Assembly: GCA_037969075.1 (NCBI GenBank)
Contig: JBBKWS010000118.1
Location: 1-12,178, forward strand
Direction: 5' to 3'
DNA length: 12,178 nucleotides
From: Bdellovibrionales bacterium
GTDB taxonomy: Bacteria > Bdellovibrionota > Bdellovibrionia > Bdellovibrionales > UBA840
The notes beneath the pieces are model-generated. The model was not told the DNA's origin and made no database searches. It saw only the letters and a list, made by a program, of their open reading frames with translations. Of this stretch, positions 1 to 7,507 are shown piece after piece. The position numbers and the translations under genes were made by a program. Numbering within the stretch: the first letter of the stretch is position 1; each line of letters starts with the position of its first letter.

Positions 1-72
1 GTTTCTGTCAGATCACACTTGACGAAAAAGTAAGTTTTTGTAAGAAATTCATGGTCGAACAAGAGGGGGCTC

Positions 73-1188
73 GTGGGGGACGACTTACAAATAGCATATC
101 AAAGCTTCGAACTAGCAACTCTGTATAGAGCCATCGGAAAATTTGATGAAGCTAAGTCAAAATTTCAATCTGCACTAGCTGGATTTAAGATCGCGAAGAA
201 AATGGATTTCTACTTGAAGTGCCAAAACGCTTTATTGCGTCTGCATGCAGAGGCCCTAGATTTCGAAGCAATAAACAGTATTAAAGAAGAGATCCAAGAT
301 TTTGTAATTAAAGATTCTTTAGAACTTACCTCGCAAACATATTACACCTTGGGTATTTGTGCTGGATACAAAGAGCAAGTTGATTTGGCTGTCGATTATT
401 TTGGTAAATCTCTTGGGCTTGCATTTAAAGAAGAAAATAAAGAAGACATGTGCCATGCCATTTTTGGAATAGCGACCTGCTACCTTAACAAAGGGGAGTT
501 GGATAAGGCATTAGAAGAAATTCAGAAGCTTCGAGTATTCTTTGAAGTGATCCCGCTTTCTGATTTAAAGAACGCAACAGAAGTGCTTTACGGTTTAGTT
601 TTGTGTTCACAAAAAAAATACGATCTGGCCATTGAAGCTTTATGGAAAGCCTACGAAGCCCTTAAAAAAGATCACAACACGGCAACCCTTATTAATGTCT
701 TATACGCACTTGGAAAAACATATTTCAACGCCGGTAAAAAAGAAGAGGCAAGATTGTACTTGCGACTGGCGCATAAGGCGGTGCCAAAGGCTCACCTTAT
801 TCAGAGCTTAAATAAAATCACAGCTCTTTTAGACCAATTAGAGGACGATAAAAAGTTATCCTATGATTTAGTTATCAAAATTGAAGACCATGCGGTTTTT
901 GAAAAAAAACAGGGCTCAGTAGATTTTAAGAACCAATTTATTTTATTAGATTTATTGTACCTTTTTGCAAAAGAGCCAGGAAAGGTATTTACCAAAGAAG
1001 ATTTGGTAAAACACATTTGGAACCAAGATTATAACCCTAGTGTTCATGACAATAAGGTGTATGTAACTATTAAGCGACTTAGAAAGTTATTAGAACCAGA
1101 TGTTGAAAAGCCATTTTATATTTATAGATCTAAAAATGGTTATTTTTTAAATCAAAATATTAAAGTAAAAATTGAAACGCAGAATTAG
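73..1188 (+). CDS. TPR-repeat protein with C-terminal OmpR/PhoB-type winged-helix DNA-binding domain (one-component transcriptional regulator)
   Basis: GTG start after GAGGGGG (63-69). Helical TPR-like units include TYYTLGICAGYKEQVDLAVDYFGKSL, AIFGIATCYLNKGELDKALEEI and VLYALGKTYFNAGKKEEARLYLRLA. The C-terminus LLYLFAKEPGKVFTKEDLVKHIW...VYVTIKRLRKLLEPD...YIYRSKNGY matches the Trans_reg_C pattern. No receiver domain. Confidence 0.88.
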   Translation: MGDDLQIAYQSFELATLYRAIGKFDEAKSKFQSALAGFKIAKKMDFYLKCQNALLRLHAEALDFEAINSIKEEIQDFVIKDSLELTSQTYYTLGICAGYKEQVDLAVDYFGKSLGLAFKEENKEDMCHAIFGIATCYLNKGELDKALEEIQKLRVFFEVIPLSDLKNATEVLYGLVLCSQKKYDLAIEALWKAYEALKKDHNTATLINVLYALGKTYFNAGKKEEARLYLRLAHKAVPKAHLIQSLNKITALLDQLEDDKKLSYDLVIKIEDHAVFEKKQGSVDFKNQFILLDLLYLFAKEPGKVFTKEDLVKHIWNQDYNPSVHDNKVYVTIKRLRKLLEPDVEKPFYIYRSKNGYFLNQNIKVKIETQN

Positions 1189-1204
1189 GGAATTTGGGGG
1201 ATTT

Positions 1205-1729
1205 ATGAGGTACTTTTTATTATTGCTGATTTGTATTCCGTTGTGGGGCACGGCACATGCTGGGCCGCCAACTATAGCTAATCTAGATGGAATCGGAACT
1301 TTTGGCGGGGATTGGCCATTTCCTCTTGGGCCCGAAGCAGACCTTCCAGAGAATATCAGTGGGCTCTACGAAGTTAGGGAATCTATCGATGGTGCATATT
1401 TTAACATCAGCCGTGAGATAAATCCTGATACTTTGCGCTTGGACAGTAGAATGGATCTGTTTGACCCTTGTACCTTTAAACCTACAGCGTCTGGCGGGGT
1501 ATATGTTCGTAAGAACACCCTGTATACAACCCTGCAATACCCTAAGTCGGAGAGAACGGTGAAGGTACGCCTGAAGTCGTTTGAAAAGTCATATACTGAT
1601 AGTGAAGAGCAGCTAGTGTTGATTATTCTCAAGCCGAACTCTAAGGACATGGAAAAGTATTTCCCGGTAGAAAAAATTGATATCGAGGATGCTGTTAAAA
1701 AATGTAAAAAACCACCCGGCAAACCTTAA
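1205..1729 (+). CDS. Secreted/periplasmic hypothetical protein with Sec signal peptide (174 aa)
   Basis: ATG at 1205 follows GGGGGA (1196-1201) and lies 16 nt after the upstream stop, so I prefer it over the TTG at 1172. MRYFLLLLICIPLWGTAHA-GPP is a typical SPase I signal (AxA). The mature part looks beta-rich and has two Cys. Confidence 0.8.
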   Translation: MRYFLLLLICIPLWGTAHAGPPTIANLDGIGTFGGDWPFPLGPEADLPENISGLYEVRESIDGAYFNISREINPDTLRLDSRMDLFDPCTFKPTASGGVYVRKNTLYTTLQYPKSERTVKVRLKSFEKSYTDSEEQLVLIILKPNSKDMEKYFPVEKIDIEDAVKKCKKPPGKP

Positions 1730-1730
1730 T

Positions 1731-1750
1731 AGCTCACTTATTGAGCTTTA
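1731..1750 (+). terminator. Possible weak intrinsic terminator hairpin
   Basis: AGCTCA-cttat-TGAGCT (1731-1747) directly after the stop at 1729, followed by only a short T run. Confidence 0.3.
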
Positions 1751-1787
1751 AGTGCAGTTATTACCTCCTGTTTTTCATATAAAGTGC

Positions 1788-1817
1788 TGGACAAACAGGG
1801 GGTTCATTTATTAAGTT
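1788..1817 (+). promoter_or_regulatory. Putative sigma70 promoter for tRNA-Val
   Basis: TGGACA (1788-1793), 18-nt spacer, TAAGTT (1812-1817), ending 14 nt before the mature tRNA 5' end. Confidence 0.4.
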
Positions 1818-1831
1818 ACGCCTACTTCTTT

Positions 1832-1907
1832 AGGAGATTAGCTCAGTTGGTAGAGCGCCACCCTTACAAGGTGGATGTCGTCGGTTCGAGCCCGGCATCT
1901 CCTACCA
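1832..1907 (+). tRNA. tRNA-Val, anticodon TAC
   Basis: 76-nt cloverleaf. Acceptor stem AGGAGAT/ATCTCCT, D-arm GCTC-AGTTGGTA-GAGC, anticodon stem CCACC/GGTGG with loop CT-TAC-AA (TAC at 1865-1867), T-arm GTCGG-TTCGAGC-CCGGC, discriminator A, encoded CCA (1905-1907). Confidence 0.98.
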
Positions 1908-2116
1908 ATCACTTATTATATTACAGATGAACTGCAAGATGATAACTATTACCTAAGTTCAGTTTCTAAAACAATATGAGTTGCGTCGTCCACTGAATCT
2001 TAATTTTATATAAAAACATTTTAGCACTGTGTTTCTAGGGTCTATGTGCACGCACTCGCTCGTAAGATAGGTCTGACATTTTTATACATATTCTACTATA
2101 CGGTACCTCTATTTTA

Positions 2117-3130
2117 TTAGTGCTTCTTTGTCCTATTTAGCAGGGCAGCTAATTCTTTAGAGTTTTTAATTGCACCCTCATGCGTAAGGTGGTTGTGATT
2201 CTTTGTACCGTAACTATTTTCATAAAACCGTATAACTGGATATAGAATAAAGTCCCATGACAACGCTCTTTTTTGCAATTCACTTTCAATTTTAAGTAAA
2301 TTACTTACATTTGTAGCTATATTGTAATGAGCGGCTAGTGGTGTAAACATGAGTACAATTTTAAATCCATATTTATTAGAGAGTGCCTTCAGTTTATCGA
2401 ACTCATCAATAAGATTCGTATTATATTCAAAGTCTAGCTTTTGTGAGGCTTGTAAGTGCCAGTCTTTTGTTTCGAATTCTTCTAAATATCCAGCATTGTC
2501 GTTTACGGACTTTAAGATCTCTAGATGTGAGCCATATTTCCCGCGCTTTACCTTTAAATTGGCGTGATTATCTAAAAATAAAAAATTAATAAGAGATATA
2601 AAATATAACTTCACATCTCTACTTGGGTGTAAAATGAATCTATTTTTAGAGTGCATCATAATATAATTATCAATATTCTTCGTGTATGTGCTGGTCCTAG
2701 TATCCATTTGAAATGAATTAGCTGAAAAATGATAAACAACGACCTTAGGTGCAGGACTATTATTAAGATAGTAGTCTAAAATTTTAATGTGACCTATTGT
2801 TGTTAGAGTAGCTATAGTACCCAAATTGACGGCTGAAAAACCAGACTCTTTCTTTATTACTTCAGGAATTATATTCATTAAAGCGGAGCTATCGCCAAGT
2901 ATAACAATATCATTAGAATAGCCTCTACCCGCTAGCTGCAGTTTGCCTTCTACGACACTTTCTTCATAATTAGGAATGTTTGACGGATCGATCAGAGAGT
3001 ATGAATCTTTAACTGGACTAAGCACCAAGAGAATCAAAAAGCAAACTATCTCTAGGCTAGTTATCAAAATTACTACGAATAGTATTTTTTTAAAAATCAA
3101 AATAAATAAACCTTTGTTTTGCAGTAGCAT
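2117..3130 (-). CDS. Membrane-anchored extracytoplasmic SGNH-like O-acyltransferase partner (AlgJ/DltD/DUF1574-like) of the MBOAT
   Basis: Single N-terminal TM helix, block I-like IVILGDSS, NLG motif, and C-terminal NHNHLTHEGA resembling DxxHLxxxGA. It lies directly downstream of and overlaps the MBOAT gene. The true start may be the TTG at 3100 (MIFKKILF...). Confidence 0.75.
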   Translation of the reverse strand: MLLQNKGLFILIFKKILFVVILITSLEIVCFLILLVLSPVKDSYSLIDPSNIPNYEESVVEGKLQLAGRGYSNDIVILGDSSALMNIIPEVIKKESGFSAVNLGTIATLTTIGHIKILDYYLNNSPAPKVVVYHFSANSFQMDTRTSTYTKNIDNYIMMHSKNRFILHPSRDVKLYFISLINFLFLDNHANLKVKRGKYGSHLEILKSVNDNAGYLEEFETKDWHLQASQKLDFEYNTNLIDEFDKLKALSNKYGFKIVLMFTPLAAHYNIATNVSNLLKIESELQKRALSWDFILYPVIRFYENSYGTKNHNHLTHEGAIKNSKELAALLNRTKKH

Positions 3131-4463
3131 GAAATATCCATATTATGTATGCCAATAAAACTAGTGATGATAATCGCAGGTATATATTGGCGGGTCTGGC
3201 AATACTGAACTCACTCCATTTATATTGTATATAATCAATAATAATAAAAGGTGTAATAATACAAATACAAATAGTTAATAATATAGGCTCAATATACCAA
3301 CTAAATTGTATGTTTGATACGATATCTATTAAATTAGAATAATCTTTAACTCTAAATAAGAACCAGCCAAATACAGTCAGATGAAAGAAAATGAATATGT
3401 TAAATAAATTTTTCTTGTCTTGAAATAATTTAAAATACCTAAAAATTATTAATAATAAGCCATGGTATACGCCCCATAATATAAAGGTAAATGAGGCTCC
3501 ATGCCAAATGCCCCCAAGTACCATGGTTAACATTAAATTTCTATAAATCTTAAAAACTCGACCACGATTACCACCCAAGGGTATGTAGACATAACTTTTT
3601 AGCCATGATGACAGACTGATGTGCCAACGTGTCCAAAATTCACTAGGATTAATTGCAAAGTAGGGGTTTTTAAAATTCAACCGCAAATTGACACCCATGA
3701 TTTGAGAAAGACCACGAGCGATATCAGTATAACCGGAAAAATCCCCATAAATTTGAAATGTAAATGCATATGTAGCTAGAACTAGATTTAATATAGAGTG
3801 TGGATTTCCATCATAGTAGGTATCAACGAATGGAGCTAAGTTGTCTGCGAATACGGTTTTTTTAACATATCCCCAGGCTATTAACTCTAGTCCTGATATG
3901 ATATTTTTTAGGTAAATATTTTTTTTATTTAGTAGCTGCGGGGCTAAATCAGCGGCTCTCTCAATAGGGCCAGCAACAAGTTGTGGGAAATAAGATACAA
4001 AAAGTAAAAAATCAGTGTAACGTAAGATCGGCTTTGCCTCTTTTTTGTATACATCGATGACATATGACATGACTTGAAACGTATAAAAAGAAATGCCTAG
4101 TGGTAATATGATTTGCAGGTAATTAAAGTTAGCTTCGACACCAAATGAACCGAGCAGTTTTATTGTACTCTCTGCAAAGAAATTTAAATATTTAAAAAAT
4201 CCTAAAATACTTAAGTTTGAGATAATACTGACATAGACCCATTTTTTATTGTTAGTGGTTCTATAAATTTGTAACGCGCAATAATAATCGATAGAGGCCG
4301 ATAGAACCATAAGAGCTAAGAACCGCCAGTCCCACCAACCATAAAAAAGTAAACTGGCAAACAGAGTCAGTAGTTTTTGTAGCTTTAAGCGTTTCAACGA
4401 CAGATAGTACAGCGGTAAAAATACCAATATAAAAATAAAAAAAGCCTGAGAGACAAAGTGCAT
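3090..4463 (-). CDS. MBOAT family O-acyltransferase (AlgI/PatA/DltB-like), 457 aa
   Basis: Motifs MHFVS (MxFxS start, ATG at 4463), ASLLFYGWWDWRF, LPLGISFYTFQ, FPQLVAGPIER, FQIYGDFSGYTDIARG, NFKNPY, FWTRWHISLSSW, YVYIPLGGNR, GGIWHGA (catalytic His) and C-terminal FIYFDF. Confidence 0.96.
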   Translation of the reverse strand: MHFVSQAFFIFILVFLPLYYLSLKRLKLQKLLTLFASLLFYGWWDWRFLALMVLSASIDYYCALQIYRTTNNKKWVYVSIISNLSILGFFKYLNFFAESTIKLLGSFGVEANFNYLQIILPLGISFYTFQVMSYVIDVYKKEAKPILRYTDFLLFVSYFPQLVAGPIERAADLAPQLLNKKNIYLKNIISGLELIAWGYVKKTVFADNLAPFVDTYYDGNPHSILNLVLATYAFTFQIYGDFSGYTDIARGLSQIMGVNLRLNFKNPYFAINPSEFWTRWHISLSSWLKSYVYIPLGGNRGRVFKIYRNLMLTMVLGGIWHGASFTFILWGVYHGLLLIIFRYFKLFQDKKNLFNIFIFFHLTVFGWFLFRVKDYSNLIDIVSNIQFSWYIEPILLTICICIITPFIIIDYIQYKWSEFSIARPANIYLRLSSLVLLAYIIWIFHATAKQRFIYFDF

Positions 4464-4570
4464 AATTGGAACGATTAAAGCGATAAAGCATCTTATAGGC
4501 AAGTGATTTGCGGGTGGACAGTATGGGGTTTTGCATCTCTACAAGCAACGCCAGTGGTCAACCACTATTA

Positions 4571-4598
4571 TTGACTAAAAAAGGTGTCTGCTGATACT
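4571..4598 (+). promoter_or_regulatory. Putative sigma70 promoter for the GT-C/methyltransferase block
   Basis: TTGACT (4571-4576), 16-nt spacer, GATACT (4593-4598), in the divergent intergenic region. Confidence 0.35.
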
Positions 4599-4606
4599 AC
4601 TCATTG

Positions 4607-6034
4607 ATGTTATATGGTCTGTTCAAAAGACTTAGTGTTGGTGCGGTGTCTAGCTCGTTAGCGATCATTTTTTTACTTTATCAATTTTATACTTATTCCC
4701 AAGAAATGCATATTCCCAAAGCGCGTGGCGACTACACCAAATATGCTACAATTGCCAATGATATTTATAAAGGCGAGGTAAGTAGCTATACGTTTTCATA
4801 TATGCCTAAGGGATATGCCATGTACATATTGGGCATTCATAAAATTTTTAAACCCAAAGTTCTATCTTCAGAAAATTTTATTCAGAATTACTCTATACTG
4901 ACGTATAAAAGTTTTTATGTACTATGGTGTTTAGCTGTGCTTATTGTGTGGCTCAGTTTCTTTTTAAGAAATTCTGTTGCTCTTGCCAATATTTCAACTC
5001 TCGCTCTACTAGTATATTTATACCTTGATAGGGTTAATTACACCAACAGCCTATTGTCAGAGAATTTGTATATACCCCTCGTGCTGATAGCATTGAGCAT
5101 AGTCCCATTTTGGTTAAAAGAAGCTAAAGTGTGGTTGCTGATTGTAATAGGTTTGCTATTGGGATTTAGTAATGAGATTAGGCCTTTTTCTATCATTGGC
5201 ATAGGCCTACCTTTTTTGGCCTATCTTGTATTTAAATCCTATAAAAACTTGAGGCCAAATAAATTTGCAAATTGTGCTATATTTTTTATCTCTTTATTTT
5301 TCTCGAAACTGCTTTTCATGTTAATAATTGCAGTACAGTTCTCGGGCGAAATTCCTAAGACAAATCCTATTCTACATATAGTTTTTCGCGTCACTTCGTT
5401 GGATGGCACAGTATATCCAGAAAACGGCCCCACATCAAAATACTTCCTAGATATTAACTCTACATTTAATGTTGAAAAGTCTTTAACTGTCGGTGCAATT
5501 ACTAATGATAAAGAAACATATGAGTATGTTCTAAAAGAAAATGGCGTAAATGAGACTGCAAGACTTTATAAGACTCTCGCGCTAGAGACACTGTATCAGT
5601 ACCCGTGGATAACAATTCGTAATACCGGGTTGAATTTGTTATCCTTTGTAGTGAATCACGATTTAACTTACCTTTATCCCCGAAGGATAGACCCACTGCT
5701 TGTACTAATAAATCCTATAGAGTGGCAGCAGCCTCTTGTAGTGTTAAGTCAAGCAGCTAAAAACTTGATATACTATCCACAAACTTTTTTGCTGCTACTG
5801 CTTTTAATCTACTATATTAAAGTTAGAGAATTTGATATTATGTTCTACTTACTTTTCTGCTTCATGCTTACTCATGTATGGATGACATCGCTATTCGAGG
5901 CATACCTATATAGGTATGCTTGGCCAGTGATTCTAGTCAGTAGCCCTTTTTTGACAGAAATAATTTGGATGCTACTTGCTAGGTTGCGAAAAAGTGTGCG
6001 AGTCAATAAAGTGATAGAATTTTTAGGGGGATAA
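4607..6034 (+). CDS. Multi-pass membrane protein, probable GT-C fold glycosyltransferase (ArnT/PMT_2-like) using a polyprenyl-phosphate sugar donor
   Basis: About 10 or more hydrophobic segments. After TM1 comes GDYTKYATIANDI...MPKGY (D-x3-Y-x3-A...P-x-G-Y), then LLSENL, IRP, a large late loop and C-terminal YRYAWP. This layout is typical of bacterial GT-C enzymes. Start is ATG 4607 or TTG 4604. Confidence 0.7.
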   Translation: MLYGLFKRLSVGAVSSSLAIIFLLYQFYTYSQEMHIPKARGDYTKYATIANDIYKGEVSSYTFSYMPKGYAMYILGIHKIFKPKVLSSENFIQNYSILTYKSFYVLWCLAVLIVWLSFFLRNSVALANISTLALLVYLYLDRVNYTNSLLSENLYIPLVLIALSIVPFWLKEAKVWLLIVIGLLLGFSNEIRPFSIIGIGLPFLAYLVFKSYKNLRPNKFANCAIFFISLFFSKLLFMLIIAVQFSGEIPKTNPILHIVFRVTSLDGTVYPENGPTSKYFLDINSTFNVEKSLTVGAITNDKETYEYVLKENGVNETARLYKTLALETLYQYPWITIRNTGLNLLSFVVNHDLTYLYPRRIDPLLVLINPIEWQQPLVVLSQAAKNLIYYPQTFLLLLLLIYYIKVREFDIMFYLLFCFMLTHVWMTSLFEAYLYRYAWPVILVSSPFLTEIIWMLLARLRKSVRVNKVIEFLGG

Positions 6035-6038
6035 CGGA

Positions 6039-6833
6039 GTGCCTTTAGAAGTAAAAACAGTTGAGGATTTTGGCGACCAATGGACAAAGTACAGTGATGA
6101 TAATCATGGGTACTATGGATCTACAGAGCTTTTACAGGATGTCTTGGGTGAATTGGATACAATTGATATCTTTAAAGGTAAGAGGGTAATTGATATTGGT
6201 AGTGGAACGGGACGTATTGTAAAAATGCTGGTAGCAGCAGGAGCTGAACATGTATATGCGATTGAACCCTCCAAAGCCTTTGGTCCGCTCTTAGAAAACA
6301 CTAAGCTTATAAAAGATCAGGTGACATATTTTAATATTTTAGGTGAGAGCACTCCCAATCTAAGTGCGGATATAGCTATTTCACTGGGAGTCATTCATCA
6401 CATTGAGAATCCATCATCTACCATGAAGAGTGCGTATGATGCCTTAATTTGTAAAGGAAAAATTATTCTTTGGCTCTATGGTTATGAAGGTAATGAGATC
6501 TATTTAGCATTTTTTCGCCCCATACGAGTTATAACTACAAGATTACCGCATTTTCTGCTGCATTGGCTGAGTGTAGGTTTAAATTTTTTCTTAGGGTTTT
6601 ATATTTTATGTTGTAAGATTTTACCATTACCAATGAAGTCATATATGCTAAATCATGTGTCACGCTTGTCGCAGAAAGTGAGGCTGATAACCATTTATGA
6701 TCAATTGAATCCCAAATATGCTAAATATTATACAAGGCAAGAAGCTTTAAATTTAATGACGAATGCTGGTTTTAAGGATATTCAAATATATCATCGGCAT
6801 GGGTATAGTTGGACAGTAGTCGGAACAAAGTAG
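6039..6833 (+). CDS. Class I SAM-dependent methyltransferase
   Basis: Motif I VIDIGSGTG, AIEPS, ISLGVIHH, and N-terminal FGDQW. GTG start 4 nt after the upstream stop. Confidence 0.92.
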   Translation: MPLEVKTVEDFGDQWTKYSDDNHGYYGSTELLQDVLGELDTIDIFKGKRVIDIGSGTGRIVKMLVAAGAEHVYAIEPSKAFGPLLENTKLIKDQVTYFNILGESTPNLSADIAISLGVIHHIENPSSTMKSAYDALICKGKIILWLYGYEGNEIYLAFFRPIRVITTRLPHFLLHWLSVGLNFFLGFYILCCKILPLPMKSYMLNHVSRLSQKVRLITIYDQLNPKYAKYYTRQEALNLMTNAGFKDIQIYHRHGYSWTVVGTK

Positions 6834-6838
6834 GTGTT

Positions 6839-7507
6839 ATGCATATAAAAGTACAAACTAAGAAAAATAAGATAATTAATTTTTTAATGTTTCCCTATAG
6901 AGCATTTGTTTTGAACCCTAATATTAGTAAGGGCGGCTTAATTTGTCTTCGTGATGAAAGAATGTTAAATGTAAAAAAGCACTGTAAGGGTAAAGTATTA
7001 GATGTCGGATGTGGGCCAGACAATGTTTTTGTTAGTCACTATCTAGATCAAAACAGCATTGGTGTTGATTTTCACTTATATCCTGGACTGAAAGAAGAAC
7101 AGATCATTAAAGACCCTTTGAACTTTCCTTTTGAAGATAAGAGCTTTGATACCATTACTTTAATTGCAAATATAAACCATATTCCAGAGCCTATTTTTAA
7201 AGATGAAATTACAGAATTGTGTCGTATGTTGAAAGCTGATGGCAGAATAATTGTTACTCGAATTGGCCAAGTTACATCATTCTTAACTCACAATGTTGTC
7301 CATCTACAGTCTATGATAAGTAAGTCCTATTACAGCATGGATCACGATAGAGGGATGGAAGAAGACGAGAGACTTTCTGTGAGTATGAAGGAATTGAACT
7401 CGGTATTTGCATCTAGTCAAATGCAGTTAAGTATAAAAGATTCTCTGTGGACACAATGGAATTTGAACGAAATTTTAGTTTACGAAAGAATTTCTAAATC
7501 TAAATAA
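6839..7507 (+). CDS. Class I SAM-dependent methyltransferase (Methyltransf_11-like), 222 aa
   Basis: VLDVGCG, IGVDF, FPFEDKSFDTIT, INHI and ELCRMLKADGRII motifs. ATG 6839 follows AGGTG. Confidence 0.92.
   Translation: MHIKVQTKKNKIINFLMFPYRAFVLNPNISKGGLICLRDERMLNVKKHCKGKVLDVGCGPDNVFVSHYLDQNSIGVDFHLYPGLKEEQIIKDPLNFPFEDKSFDTITLIANINHIPEPIFKDEITELCRMLKADGRIIVTRIGQVTSFLTHNVVHLQSMISKSYYSMDHDRGMEEDERLSVSMKELNSVFASSQMQLSIKDSLWTQWNLNEILVYERISKSK

Noticed and set aside
19..48. TTGACG as the -35 of the regulator promoter
   Set aside because: No convincing -10 hexamer at 16-18 nt spacing.
611..909. Poly-A runs of about 8 nt (here and elsewhere) as phase-variation tracts
   Set aside because: Such runs are expected in AT-rich, Lys-rich coding DNA, and all frames are intact.
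1283..1722. Minus-strand ORFs of 84 and 118 aa
   Set aside because: Antisense shadows of the signal-peptide gene, with no motifs.
1908..2116. att site, integrase remnant or small ORF after the tRNA
   Set aside because: I found no repeat of the tRNA 3' end. There are only ORFs under 20 codons without a convincing RBS, and no strong hairpin.
4261..4548. 95-aa minus-strand ORF overlapping the MBOAT start, considered as a frameshifted N-terminus or DltX-like peptide
   Set aside because: The MBOAT is intact from its MHFVS start and already carries the Tyr motif. This is an alternate-frame artefact.
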